Assembly (NCBI GenBank): GCA_964016885.1
Contig: OZ024740.1
Span: 188,852,001 to 188,916,000 of the forward strand
Length of the DNA stretch: 64,000 nucleotides
Source: Eledone cirrhosa
Taxonomy: Eukaryota
Reading direction: 5' to 3'
Position 1 is the stretch's first letter. Each line of letters opens with the position of its first letter. A program made the position numbers and the translations under genes. The notes beneath the pieces were generated by a model. The model saw nothing but the letters and a program-made list of their open reading frames with translations. It did no database searches and had not been told where the DNA came from. Below, one piece after another: positions 1-13,325 of the stretch.

Positions 1-689
1 ATGCTTCATAATAAAGATGTTACTCGTGTTTGATAGAATAAGTTTTAAATCAATGTATGATAATTTGGCTTTGATGTATGATAATATATGTATATTTGTA
101 TCTATGTGTGTTTACATACATGTAAATATGTATGAATGAATATATGCATGTATAGATGTATATAATTACAGTTGTGTGCAGGTTATAGTGTTGAATATAA
201 ATACTTCTTTCACCGTCATTGTTTTACTATACATATCATAAGTGCTTCCATCCTCATATTCATTGTGGATCAAACAGACAAACATCATACTCTATTACAA
301 GCTTTGATATATCTTGCCTATACCTTCTGTTAACATAATTCTACTTGGGTATTTTGAATTATTTTATATAAATTCTTCTTTGATGTACCTTTATGTATAT
401 TGCTCTCAATTGTCAACTCAAAATACATGACATTAATACAAATCTAGTTATAATCTAGGTAGTGTCTTGTGACATGGTAATGGAATATTCACTTAAATTT
501 ATGAAAAAAAAACAACGAAAAATGAAACCAACAAATAAAAGTGCACAGTTAATATGATATACTGAAAGAATGGAAAATATCAGAATTCAATGTTTCAGAC
601 GGTGATATTTTGTCAAGAGCAGAAAAAAGAGAAAAAAAAAAAAGGATAATGTTAAACGATGAAAATATTGTTCATTTTATTAAAGCAGG

Positions 690-1800
690 ATGGGGAATGG
701 CAGAAGAAAAATTATTTAAGCAAAAGTGTGTAGAATGGCACTTTCCTGTCAAGTGTAAGGTTTGAGAGACAAAGGAACCTGTAAAGAAGTGTATGCAAAT
801 GTTATGTGTTTGTATGTATGTTCTGAGGAATTGATATGGGAATGGTTTGCTGCTAGGTGGCATGTGCAAAGCATAATAGTGTGTGTGTAGGTATGTGGTA
901 AATAGGTAAGGCAGTATTTAGAGCTGCTTAGAGGCGTTGTTTTGTGGGGAAAAAAGAGTTTTTAGATGAAGCCTACTCAACTATTCATCCCAAACTATTC
1001 ATCCCAAATGGTTGAGGGTAACCAGGTTGTAAGAATTAATGGACTGTGGAGTTGCAACTACAGTGTCATTAGAGGTAGAGTATTTGTGAGAGGAGGATAA
1101 CAGATGTTGTGTGTGGATGGGTTTCGATTAAGTAAAATTGAGGTCTTTGTGGGAAAGGATGGTGACATACTATCATTTATGTTATGACTATATAACTCTG
1201 TGAAATTAGTGAAGATTTACCATTCAACATATGCACCAAACTAGGTGACAATGTTCGGCTTCATCCTGGTTCCTAGTAATCTGCTAGTAGAATTCTCTGA
1301 AAAAAGAGAAACAGCTGAAAGTGAGGATGAGTTTAATATGGCTAGGAAATAGTTATATTATGAACTGTAGTATGTTGGTCAAGGAAGTACTTTGGAGTTA
1401 GAAGCCCATCATTATAAAGGATGGCAATATAGAGGGACTTAACATCCATAGTAAAATGGAGCCCAGATTAGCCAGGTGGAAAGGTAGAGGTAGCTTGTGA
1501 AGGAGAGCATAAATGTGTAATGAGAGAGTTCTACCAAGAAGAAATAATGGAGATAGTGAAAAAAATATGAGTCACTAGAGTTGTTGGCCTTAGGGATCTT
1601 GGTAAGGAAGTACATAATAGATATACAGTATATAGATGATGATGTTTGTGGCTGCAGGAGTAGGAGGAAATGAGATGTGTTGTTGTATGGTGGTGGAAAC
1701 TAGTTGATGATTGCAGCTTAGATTCTGAGGAATGTTAAGGTGTCTTAAATGTGTTTAAAACCAGAATGGTCACCAGTGTAATGTAGTTTTCTTCAATTTA
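690..1800 (-). pseudogene. Highly decayed Penelope-like element reverse transcriptase (Neptune/Poseidon-type)
   Basis: Manual minus-strand translation with stops and frameshifts gives YFLTKIPKANNS (1577-1612; cf. FYLLPKIHK..PGRP), FTMDVKSLY...NDGLL..KYFLDQ (about 1375-1455), LILTFSCFSF.REFY*QIT and GTRMKPN...YVE..IF (about 1215-1275). These are PLE RT motifs in the expected order. Boundaries are approximate. Confidence 0.65.
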
Positions 1801-4636
1801 AAGGTCTGTTAATGAGCTATATTGATACTCTCATTAAATATGTTCTGTTGGTCGCATGAAAAGTAAGAATATAGAAAACATACTCTACAATACGATTTAA
1901 AAACAAACAAAACTACTCTTGAGAATATGCAGACATATACAGAAAGGACCATTTGTAACTACATTCTTACTCATCTTTAACATTTATTTTTGTATATGCA
2001 ATTCAATAGCCTTAATTTCAACTTAAACCAAATATTTGTGTGAATATAGTGGTATAGTTAATATGAATCAATTTGATGTGTAGTTTTAAGATTAGTTAAT
2101 CTATTTCGCTGTTGGAATTTATAATCTCCATTGAAAACTATAACATCCTATCCTATCCTCGGTCGTCCAGTGGAATGCTCTAATCTATATGCATGTTTAT
2201 ATTTTAATCCTGATGTTTTTCTATTAAGGGTTTCAGTACATTATATTCTAGCACAACTACATATTTTAGTGTATGAACAATTTCATGGCAGTGTATATTT
2301 AATGTAGAAGTAACTAAAGTAGTAGTATAACCAGAAAACTTTAACCGTAAATATCTGATATTCAAAGGAAACAACAAATGCTATAATTCACAAGACTACA
2401 GTAATTTATATGACATAAAAATCCAAGCAAGTTTGGTGAAAGAACATAAAAATATGAATTTTGACTATAATAATAGTGATAATTTTGATATTGTCCATTC
2501 TTAATACAAAGATAATTTTGAATAAACAAGTCAGCAATAACAAGTTCCTTCAATTTCTGTTTGATTACAACGAAAGATCTTTCATCACCTTATATATTTT
2601 ATGTTCAACACTGTATAAGTTCATTTGCATATATTTCTACAAGTACATGTAATCACTTGTGTATTAGTAACTAACTGTGTACATTCATAAAGGTGTAGCT
2701 AAAAGTGTGTGCATGACTGAAATACTCTTTGACAAATAAGAGCAGGTAGAGACCACATAGAAATTGTAGGCTCTGTGTGTGTGTACATCTATGATTGTAT
2801 GTACATATATTAGTGTGCTTGTGCACATATATTAGTGTGCTTCTGCAGCTGGTTTCATCTATTACTGATTTTACAAATTCATGAACTATTAATTGTATTT
2901 CTACATCAAATGCAGTTAAATTTTATTATCTCTAGTAGTACTAAAATATCAGAAGGTAGTTACACAGATATGGATAGTAATCTTGGTAGTACATTGCTTT
3001 GTCTAATAAGTCACTGGAACATCAATAGAAAATTTAACTTCTAATATATGTAAGGCATGGTAGGTTGGCAGAGCTATACTACTTTATTATATCTATGGAT
3101 ATTTTTCACTACAAACTAATGAAATGATTCACAATTTTACTTTGCTGCACCTCCCTAAAATATTTACATACATTTCAGTGAACTGAATAATTCAGAGTTA
3201 ATTGTATTTATCATGAGAGTATAATATTAGAAAAGTGGTAGATTGTTTAACTTTCAGAAGGGTCACAAAGAAATATAATATAGTTGTTGAAATGGAGATG
3301 TTTAATGACTTACAACTGAAATGTAGTCATTTATTTTATAAATATCTTTGCAGTTATTTGAGAAAAATATTATAATAACTGCCATAGATGCAGTTATGTA
3401 ACTTCAGAAATTAATGCTAGTTCTATTTCAAGAAATTATGTTTACTGCTATAAACACCTTGTTCAATTAAAACATTAAATGTGATGCCTTTTTCTTAAAA
3501 TGACTGAATTTAAAGATCTCTAATAAAATATGCTTAGATGAATTTATATACTGAACAGTTGGAGATGTATATTTTATAATTATATCAATATAGTTTAATC
3601 AAGAAATATTTCAAATTTTCTTTATAATTTCTACTTATGATATTCATATCCCCATACAGTTAGTTAACCATTGTAATTTAAAGTGAAAGATCTTGCTGTT
3701 TATCACAAACCAATATTCCATAATGAAAATGATATTATGTATGTGAATGATATTAATCATCATGTTGTATTATGGTAAATATTCCCAGCTGTCACAATAG
3801 ATGAAGGGTTACTTCTCTGCTGAAAATCTATGGGTTTTCTATGGCTTCATGCCAGAGAACATGGATGGAAGGCCATTGGTGTAGTGTTGGATAGTTAAAG
3901 AATTTAGTATATCCATTAGAATTTAAGGAAAGTTTTGAAATACTACAAACTATTGTGCAAATACACTAAACCAATGAATGATTTGACATTAAATCATGAA
4001 TATATTGATATATCAAATTAAATTCAGCTAAAATTATTTGTTTCAATGTTGGATAAGAAATTTTGTAATGAAATATTTATCTATTTACTTGTCCTGAATT
4101 TTACCATCTTCATTGATAAACTCAATATTTAATCTTGTGAGTACCAATATAGCTATATACCAACATACTATATCCAAACACATAATAATAAATTTAGCAT
4201 ACCATTTAACTTGCTAACATGTTCTTATGTGATACTAATAAGTCAGGAGATTTTAATCACAGTTATAAGTGTGATAAAAGCTGATTCTGATATGAGATAC
4301 AACTGCAGTTACAATAGACACATGTGCTGTGACTGTATATCAATTTCTATAGGAACTTGCAAATAAATATGTAAATATGTATGAAAATACATATAGATAT
4401 GTATGTGTGTATGTATGTATGGTAGGGGTTCTCCTACATAGATATAAAGTAGTGTCCGTACTCGAAAACGAGTTGGCAGCCACCATGTATGTGTGTATAT
4501 ATGTATATATTTATACACAATATAATATATGCCTATAATACAGATTATTAAAGAAGGAATTGAGGGCAATATTCTTCAAAGCCACTCATCAGTTACATTA
4601 CTGTTGATAATCCGAATTTGTGCATATATATATATA

Positions 4637-4755
4637 TATTTATTAAAATAACAGATTAAAGTTTAAGCAAAGAATTGCTGCTTTCACCCAAAGCTGCTTT
4701 TATCCTTATTGAGCCCTCTTTGGATTTTAGTCTTCAAATTTATTATTATTACTAT
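4637..4755. mobile_element. Short (TA)n-flanked fold-back element, copy 1
   Basis: ATAACAGATTAAAGTTTAAGCAAAGAAT start and CCTTAT.GAGCCCTCTTTGGATTTTAG.CTTCAAATTTATTATTATTACTA end, shared with the copies at 5621-5985. Confidence 0.6.
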
Positions 4756-4973
4756 TAATATATAGATATAATATTAAGGATACTATTTATGGTTATGTAT
4801 ATATTAAAACTTTTTATAGTTATGTATATTTTAAACCCTAAACAGTGAAGGTCAGTAATTTATTACTACCTTATTACCAGTAAGATAAGTAGCTCAATGT
4901 AATAACATAAGTTGTTCTACAGAGCAGTTATATAGAATTCACAAGAATCAAAGCTATGTTCAAAGCATTTATT

Positions 4974-5020
4974 CACTTACAATTGTTTCATCCAAACCTA
5001 GGCTTGGAGTCTTCGGAGCA
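4974..5020 (-). ncRNA. Minimal type I hammerhead ribozyme motif, CCGAAGA variant
   Basis: TGCT CCGAAGA C-TCCAAGC CTAG GTTTGGA-T GAAAC AATT GTA AGTG. Confidence 0.7.
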
Positions 5021-5513
5021 TTTTTCAATGTTTGTACGCATAATTGACCTCCTTTCCAACGCAAGAGACATACAGATACATATATATATATTGATGTACA
5101 GTGGAGTGACATATATTATACTATACTATTTTTGTACAGCAATCCAAATTCAAAATCAAAATTAAAATAAAAATAAAAATATACATACAGTCGGCTGATA
5201 ACACAGATAATGCAAGAGGATAGTTTGATAGTCAGGTCTAGTAGGTAGTGTATGCGCTAGTTACACATGGAGCATGCAAGTGTTTCTCATTTTTTTACTA
5301 TTATTGTGTGGCAGCGTTTTACATGTAATGCAAGCACTTTAAGCAGGTAAGCAAGATTATTATGGTGGTTGTAGTGGTAAGGTATTTTTTGTATAGAACA
5401 AAAAAGTATGTGTGCAGAAAAATAAAAATAAAAAGAAGAAGCATATATATATATGTATCTGTATGTCTCTTGCGTTGGAAAGGAGGTCAATTTTGTGTAC
5501 AAACATTGAAAAA

Positions 5514-5560
5514 TGCTCCGAAGACTCCAAGCCTAGGTTTGGATGAAACAATTGTAAGTG
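5514..5560 (+). ncRNA. Minimal type I hammerhead ribozyme motif, CCGAAGA variant (inverted copy)
   Basis: Identical inverted copy of 4974-5020. Confidence 0.7.
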
Positions 5561-5620
5561 AATAAATGCTTTGAACATAGTTTTGATTCTTGTGAATTCT
5601 ATATATATAGATATATATAT

Positions 5621-5979
5621 ATTTATTAAAATAACAGATTAAAGTTTAAGCCAAGAATCGCTGCTTTCACCTGTTAAGAGTGAAATCAGCGATTCTTTGC
5701 TTAAATTTTAATCTGTTATTTTAATAAATATTTGCTCTAGGGTTCTTATATATTTGATATATATTTATCCTTATCGAGCCCTCTTTGGATTTTAGCCTTC
5801 AAATTTATTATTATTACTATATATATATATATAACAGATTAAAGTTTAAGCAAAGAATTTCTTTACTTAAACTTTAATCTGTTATTTAATAAATATTTGC
5901 TCTAGGGTTCTTATATATTTGATATATATTTTTCCTTATCGAGCCCTCTTTGGATTTTAGTCTTCATATTTAATAGTAT

Positions 5980-5985
<6 letters not shown>
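5621..5985. mobile_element. Two adjacent copies of the short (TA)n-flanked fold-back element
   Basis: Each copy is an inverted fragment, then a forward fragment with a tail ending ATTACTA(TA)n. A hairpin is centred near 5675. Another fragment is at about 62997-63035. Confidence 0.65.
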
Positions 5986-6010
<25 letters not shown>

Positions 6011-6030
6011 GATAGATATAGATATACATA

Positions 6031-7112
6031 TCATCATCATCACCATTTAATGTCCATTTTTCCATATTATTATGGGTTAGACAAGTTGCCGATTGTGAGA
6101 CAAGGCAGATCAGATGACCATGTCTTGCTCATACAGAACTGTCTCTGGCTTGGTTTCTATGGCAGGATGTCCTTTCTAATGCCAACTACATTTACAATAT
6201 GGACTGGGTCTTTTTGCCATGACACCTTCATGACCACTTTACAGTGTGGACTAGGTGGTATTTGCCGTGACACCTACAGTGTGGGCTGGGGTCTGGGACG
6301 CATGTGAGGATTGGGAAGGTAAATCTAAGGCGGGGCACTTATCTGGTGAATGGTGGGATTGTAGGGATGTGACTGTTAGGAGTGTTAAGAGGTTGGAAGC
6401 ATATGGAAGTGGGAGGGAAATGTAGTGTGTACAAGATGTATGCTTCAAAACGTGCACATGGGAAGGCAGGTCGCCTCTATTACTGAATAATGCCAGAGAT
6501 CTTGATCTTGTGTCATACCCTTCAAGAGGTGCAATCGTGTAAGGTCAGCTTTTATCCTAAGTCTCCTCTTCAATAGTCACCATCACCTTTGATTGCCCTA
6601 CATATCTTTATACATATGTTATAATTTTGTTGTTGTGGTGCCAGATTACCATACAGGGTGGACTTTGTGTGTTTGTCACGGCACACTTTTTCCATTCTGT
6701 TCCAACTCTGGCTACTATATTTTCAGAACACCCACCTTCACAGTTAATTCTGTCTCTAGGTAACAAGAGTCATTGATTACTTCTATGGAACCTTCTGGGC
6801 ATTTAAAGGAGCTTGTTTCCTGTGAGTTCTTACTCTTTACTTCACTTGTGCATTAACCACATACAAAGTCTTCACCTATAATGGTTAAATCATCTGAAAT
6901 CAGCAGTTCCCATGGGTAACCATTTTAAACTCTTGCAGACTCCTACCTGCTCACTAAAGGTTTTGCTGTAGTCATTATTAATTTTAATTTTGCTAACTGC
7001 TCTTCTATACATGGCTTGTATTATCTTCACATGCCACTCATCTACTCCTAGTTTTCTGAGAGTCCACCAGTTTATGGCACGGGGGACTCTGCCAAAAGCT
7101 TTCTTCAGGTCA
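6031..7112 (-). mobile_element. Decayed RTE LINE 3' portion
   Basis: ORF 6890-7138 DLKKAFGRVPRAINWWTLRKLGVDEW matches the RT at 47726-49050. (CAT)n tail and RTE 3' UTR at 6031-6300. Confidence 0.85.
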
Positions 7113-9836
7113 ATATGTTTGTGTGTGTGCATAGGCACAGTTTTTTTATGTTAGCATACCTTATGGTATTTATTCTGGCTCTAATGTTTACTTTACAATT
7201 AATTGTGGTAGATTGTGTGGTAGATTGACAGAATTGTTAGAGGTTTGAATAAAATGCATTGCAGTATCTTTCTCTTGATCTAAGTTTCACTTTCTACTCA
7301 TAGGCACTCAAATCCCACAATGAGATAAAGCATTAAGGTGCACTACAACAAACTGCAGCACTGTTATCTATCTGCACACAAAGAAGCCTCCAATCATTTT
7401 AACCTCTCTGAATCATGAATATAGGTTTGAAGAGTATGATGTATATGTAGAGTCCAACGTGGCTGGCAGACATGTTAGAAAAATTGTGTAGTGGTTAGAG
7501 TTGTAGTAGTTAAGAGGATATAATAAAATGAGAATATCAATGAGTGATAGCAACATGTTTATATAGAAGCTAGCAGCCAAGTTTATATATTCAAAGTAGA
7601 GCTTTAGAGTAAGTTATTTGTTAATGTCCTATGCCATTAGGATGAGTATACATGACAACCCCAGACAACTTTCGATTTTATTATAAACTCATCACAAAAA
7701 CATAGTCTTCACTATGTTTTTAATAGAGATAAAATAATTACTAAGCAAATATGCAAGATTTTACATTAGTTGATGAATGAATATTACATTGCTTTGATAA
7801 TAAATAGTTTCAAAACATACCAGCTACCTGCTTAGTGACCACATAATAGGTAGATGGCATAATCTCTAGATTGATAAATTGAACTTCTTGAGATATCTTG
7901 TAACATTTTATAATAGTGGTAGATTTTTAAAAAAGAATTGTGAATATTGCATTGACAAACATACCTTTAAGTTTGATCACATGATGGTTGCAAATGTTTT
8001 ACCTACTGATGCTTATGAAAGTAAATATCTTCCACATGCCACCACCAGAAATGAAACTAAGGGACAGTTCACTTCATAGTCCAGGCCTACAGGATAGAGA
8101 AGACATTGCCCTGGAGGATGGTTAGGGAGACACATTGGAACAGCCACATTTCCATTTTGACTTCTAATAACACAAGAACTGACTTAACCATTCTAAATAC
8201 TGTGTATGATAAAAAGTGAATAATGTTCCACGTTGAACTAATTCATTATTCTTTTTCTCCTATATGTTTGGTTTTGTGTCTAGCTCAGATATCATTATAA
8301 ACTGATGCAAGATCTAAGAGATTGCACTACAGGAAGCCAGTTACAAAACCCTTAAGCTTAAAAGTCAATGTTTGAAAGCAGCTTAAAATGAGAGAGCAAA
8401 ATAGAAGCATAAGCAGATAGAAATTAGCTTGGATAAAACACAACTGGAATTTATATTGAGGCATAAAAGGATGAATGCCATTTTCAACTCCCTCAGGACT
8501 TAGATACAACTTCACAACTGTGTGATTTAGATAAGTAACAAATTTCCGTACTGAATAAATATCTTCTATACAAACTGTGCCAACATGAGAAATTTGACAT
8601 TAAAATGCAGGTATTGGTTATGAAATTGGTGATTTATATGTGTGTGTGCACGTATATGTATATATTGGCATATATATAAGTAAATAATTTTACTTATATA
8701 TTTATTTTGATATATGTTACAGAATATTTTGCCTTCATACTCACACACACACACATACACACACTTAAGGATCATATATATATTCTGTTTGTATATATCT
8801 CCATATTAAATGATTATAATGTTGCTCTCCCTCTTGATATATTATATATAGTTAATAGATAAATACACATGCTTTGCAATCATCTAATTTCCACATCTTA
8901 TGAATTATTATTATAGATTTTATTGTATGCATCCTTTCTCTCTTTTGAACAGCAAGATGAGTTTTGTTCATTTTTTTCTCTCTTCTTTCTACTTCAGCAT
9001 ATCAAATGAGATAACGCATTATTTGATGATTCCATCAACAATAGTAGTTATTTGATTGGAATTTCTATCTGCATTTCTGTTCATTTGCCAAAAAAATATT
9101 AAATTAAAGGCTACTTCAGGTGTTCCGTGCAACAGACAATTTTATTTTTCACCTGAATAGCCTTGCTATGTGCTTTATTGGGTACAATACTACAATATTG
9201 GATTCCTAATAAGAAATGTCTTTACAATCAAAGCAACAAATTACAGCATGCATACATTCACACCATTATGGGCCATGTTATTCTCAGAAGATTTATACTG
9301 GTGTCCAATACATTATGCTTTATTTATTTGAGAAATTATCCATTTAAATTTCTTTATTTTCCTGACAAATAACCTAATGTTATACCAAATATATTTTATC
9401 ACATAAGGAAGTTTTATTACTTGCCATTATTTTTATTAGTAAATTCATTTAGAAACGGGCATCTATTGCTTTCTCTGTAAATAAGAGCAATATATTGAGT
9501 AAAAATCTCAGTAATCAATTTAGACGTTATTCCCCATTGAGCTGCCGATCTATTTAGCAAAGTTTCTAAGTTTTTATTAGTTTCTTCACATATTTCTATT
9601 GGGGGAAATGTGGTTCTTTCCCTTGGTGCTTGCCTAAACATCAAGTCTTTAAATATTAGAAATGATAAGTACATGCACATTTACTTTCACAATTCTTACC
9701 AGAAGTAGATCTATATTTATTCAGAGGATTCAAGACAGTTCCAATTTTGAAATTTTCTCTGACAGGTCATTTCAGTATTGGTGAAGTAAATCAGAAAATT
9801 TATATTTTATTTGATACAGGCATTTATCATTATTTT

Positions 9837-9942
<106 letters not shown>

Positions 9943-10866
9943 TGAAGTTGTTGCTGCATTTTTTCTAAATGGAAAAGGATGAGTATTGTTGTACAACATG
10001 CTTGCTTTGATATATATATATATAAAAGACACATGGATTACATCTGGGAAAGGAAGATTTTTAATTTGATTATAGATTATAAAGTTAAACATTTTATAAT
10101 TTTAAGTATGAAACCCATCCCTGTCAACTGAAACTGGCCAACTGAGGGTATGACATCCCTCCTGTCAATGTTTTCATTTCATGTAAAAGGTTTCTCTCAG
10201 CAGCATTTACAGCTATATCTGTTCAATATGGTTTAGCCTTTCAAATTTTCTTTTCATTAACAAATCCCAGACTACTTATTTGTCTGATTTACCTGAAAAT
10301 GATAAATCAGATGTGTGGTAAAAATGTTAGATGAGGTTAATATTGCTGAAATAATTCTTCACTTTCATATTGAATTGAAGGCATGCATCAGTTAAAAGCT
10401 CTGAACTATTTTTTCTGTTTGGGCAATTTTTGTTTGTTTTTTACTGTTTTCAAGGAGAAAAGAACAGTGTGAATGATCTTTTCAAGGTCTCTGAGACTGG
10501 TTGGTGAGGAAAGAAAATATTTTCAATGCTGAGGTTGGTATAAATGCTTGCAACAGAGCAAAGTCTGCTAAATGCACCAAAAGACCAAATTGTGGTATTA
10601 AACTTGCCAATGGCTTAAGGAAGTTACAGTAGGATTTGAACTCAGAACAAAGAATTGGAACAAATAACATACAAGGCATCTCATTTGACACTGTAGTCAT
10701 GGGTTGGGTGAGACTAGTTTTGAGACAGAATTCTACAGCTAGATTCCCTTACTTGTAATGTACTGATCTTCACAAATCAAACCACTGAACCACATTAGCA
10801 ACTGCAATGTGATGACAGTCATAGAGACAACCAAATGGAGAAAGATGCACATATGTGTATGGTATG

Positions 10867-11214
10867 CATCATCATTCATCATCATTTCATTTTACGTCCA
10901 CTTTTCCCTGCTTGCAAGGGTGGGACGGGAACTGATTCTGGCTTGATTTCTACAGCTGGATGCACTTCCTAACACCAACCTCATTTACAGTGAGTGCTGG
11001 GTGTTTTTTTTGCCGTGGCACCTCCACGACCACTTTGCAGTGGAATGATATGGATCCCAGTCCCTATCATCTCATTTCTACAGCTGAGTAAACTGGAGCA
11101 ATGTGAAATAAAGTATCTTGCTCAAGGAAACAACACATCACCCGGTCTGAGAATTGAACTCACAACCTTTAGATTGCAAGGCCAATGCTCTAACCACTAA
11201 GCCATGTGCCGCCA
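10867..11214 (-). mobile_element. Full-length tRNA-derived SINE with RTE-derived tail
   Basis: Head TGGCTTAGTGGTTAGAGC (A box) and GAGTTCAATTC (B box), central CCTTGAGCAAG domain, tail matching the RTE 3' UTR plus (ATG)n. Near-identical to 42386-42729 and 63041-63385. Confidence 0.85.
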
Positions 11215-13140
11215 TCATATATTCATATATATATATAGAGAGAGAGAGAGAAATAGGGAGAGAACGAGAGAGAAAGAGAGTGAGCGGGAAATAGGGAGAG
11301 AATGAGAGAGAAATAGGGAGAGAATGAGAGAGAGAGAGAGAATGTATATACCTCATAAATGGCAGTGCTCAAGCACAGTCTTGTTTATCCATAATTGAGT
11401 CAAAGAAACTAAAGAAATAAGGACAAATGTATATACATATTTAAAATAAAGGTGGAACATAATAGTTTATAGTTGACTTTATGAAGGTCATTGTTGCAGA
11501 ATCTTATCTCAATGCATTAGTTTCTTTATTTTAATTTAATTTATTTACTCTTGTATGTAAATATTTTCAACAAACTACATTAACCTGTTGATATTTTGTA
11601 TGATTTTACTTCAGATGAGGATTAACATTTTATCTAAACTTAATATGAGTATAAATATCTTTGCACTTCTGATAAAAAAGTTATTCATAGAAAAATAATT
11701 AGTTTCTTTTTTCTCCTGTTTGAATAAAATATAAAAAAATTTATCATATTATCCATTGTTGTAATATTAGAAATAACTTAATGTAAAACATCTTGTTGGT
11801 AGAAACTTATTATTGTACTTTGTTGCCTGAAGCGTGTAAGAAAATATCATATAGCATTAATTCTTCATAGCAAAAATTCTGATAATATAATTTCTAATGA
11901 AAAATATTCCATTATTAAATGTCTGTTGCCCGTATCTTCACCTCTATTACAAGCAAGCACAGAAACCATTACTACCACCATCAATCATCACCATCTTCAA
12001 CATCTTGAATGTTTTTGTCTTTCTTTCAATTTCTCCTCATCATTATAAATAAACACACGTGCCTGTACATACACACACTCATACACACACTCACACACAC
12101 ACATCTGGAAATTAAATTCTTCTTAGCTCATGGAAAATTGACAAAATCTGTAGGAGAGATTATATTTTCATAGAATCAGTATTTTATGGCAGCCATATCT
12201 AAAACAAATGGCTTTTCCTTTAGAATTCTATAGAATTTCAGTACAAAATTCTTAGGATTTTCAATTAAATATTTCTTTCAATGCATACGTACATACATAC
12301 ATACATTATGTGTATGTATGTGTGTTTAAGATGTTACTAGTTAAATAACTAACAAGACCATTCACTTTTCAAGTTAGTACTTGATATTTTAATGAAAATA
12401 AAGTGTAAACATTATTTATTACATGTATGCCTGATGGCCAGCCTTAAAATATTTCAATGGTTCGAAGCCACCAAAATAGCTTAAGCTTTACAGCTGAATT
12501 TAATGAATAATATATCTATCTATCTATCCATGTAACTTATTTATTTATAAATAAAGAAATCTATAAATTAATAAATAAATAAATTTATCTATCTATCATC
12601 TATCTGTGTATGTGGAACATACACAGATAGATGATAGATATACATAAATATATATTCAGCATGTGGAACTTGTGTGCAGAATTAGTGAAGCTTGGAGCTA
12701 TTGTAAAATAATAAAACCTAGACAATATATATAATGTAAATCACTTAAATTTGGAGGAGAATGTTTTATCGTACTTGCTACAATCATTGTTTATATGTCA
12801 TAAACTATCTTTCATATTTCAAAACGTAACCAATTGTTGAATAGCATTGTAATAGAGCTGCCAATGATAATGTATGCACATTTACAAGTTCCTTAGAAAA
12901 TGGTGGTTAAATGCATCATAATAATCATATTTTAAATTTTAGATACAATATCTACATAACATTGTATAATAGATTGTAATGACAACAAAAGGAAACAATA
13001 TATAACTACCTGCAAAGAAGTAAAAACATCAGTAACAAAAAACAAAAAAAGTACATATTCGTTTTCATAAAGTTTCATTAATACTGGCTGAAAGAAAATG
13101 AAAATATTCACCTAAATTATCATGAAAATAATAAGTCTAA

Positions 13141-13325
<185 letters not shown>

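Larger units (their letters stand above)
4772..5607. mobile_element. Non-coding PLE-like terminal fragment with inverted duplication (CCGAAGA-HHR family)
   Basis: 4772-5290 is homologous to 33371-33930. Inverted arms at about 4930-5090 and 5445-5607 each carry an HHR. Flanked by TA repeats. Confidence 0.75.

Noticed and set aside
4956-5578. Duplicated MFKAFIHLQLFHP ORFs
   Set aside because: Antisense reading of the inverted HHR arms.
11138-11214. tRNA gene
   Set aside because: A/B boxes are present, but the sequence continues into SINE body and tail in three copies; no full cloverleaf.
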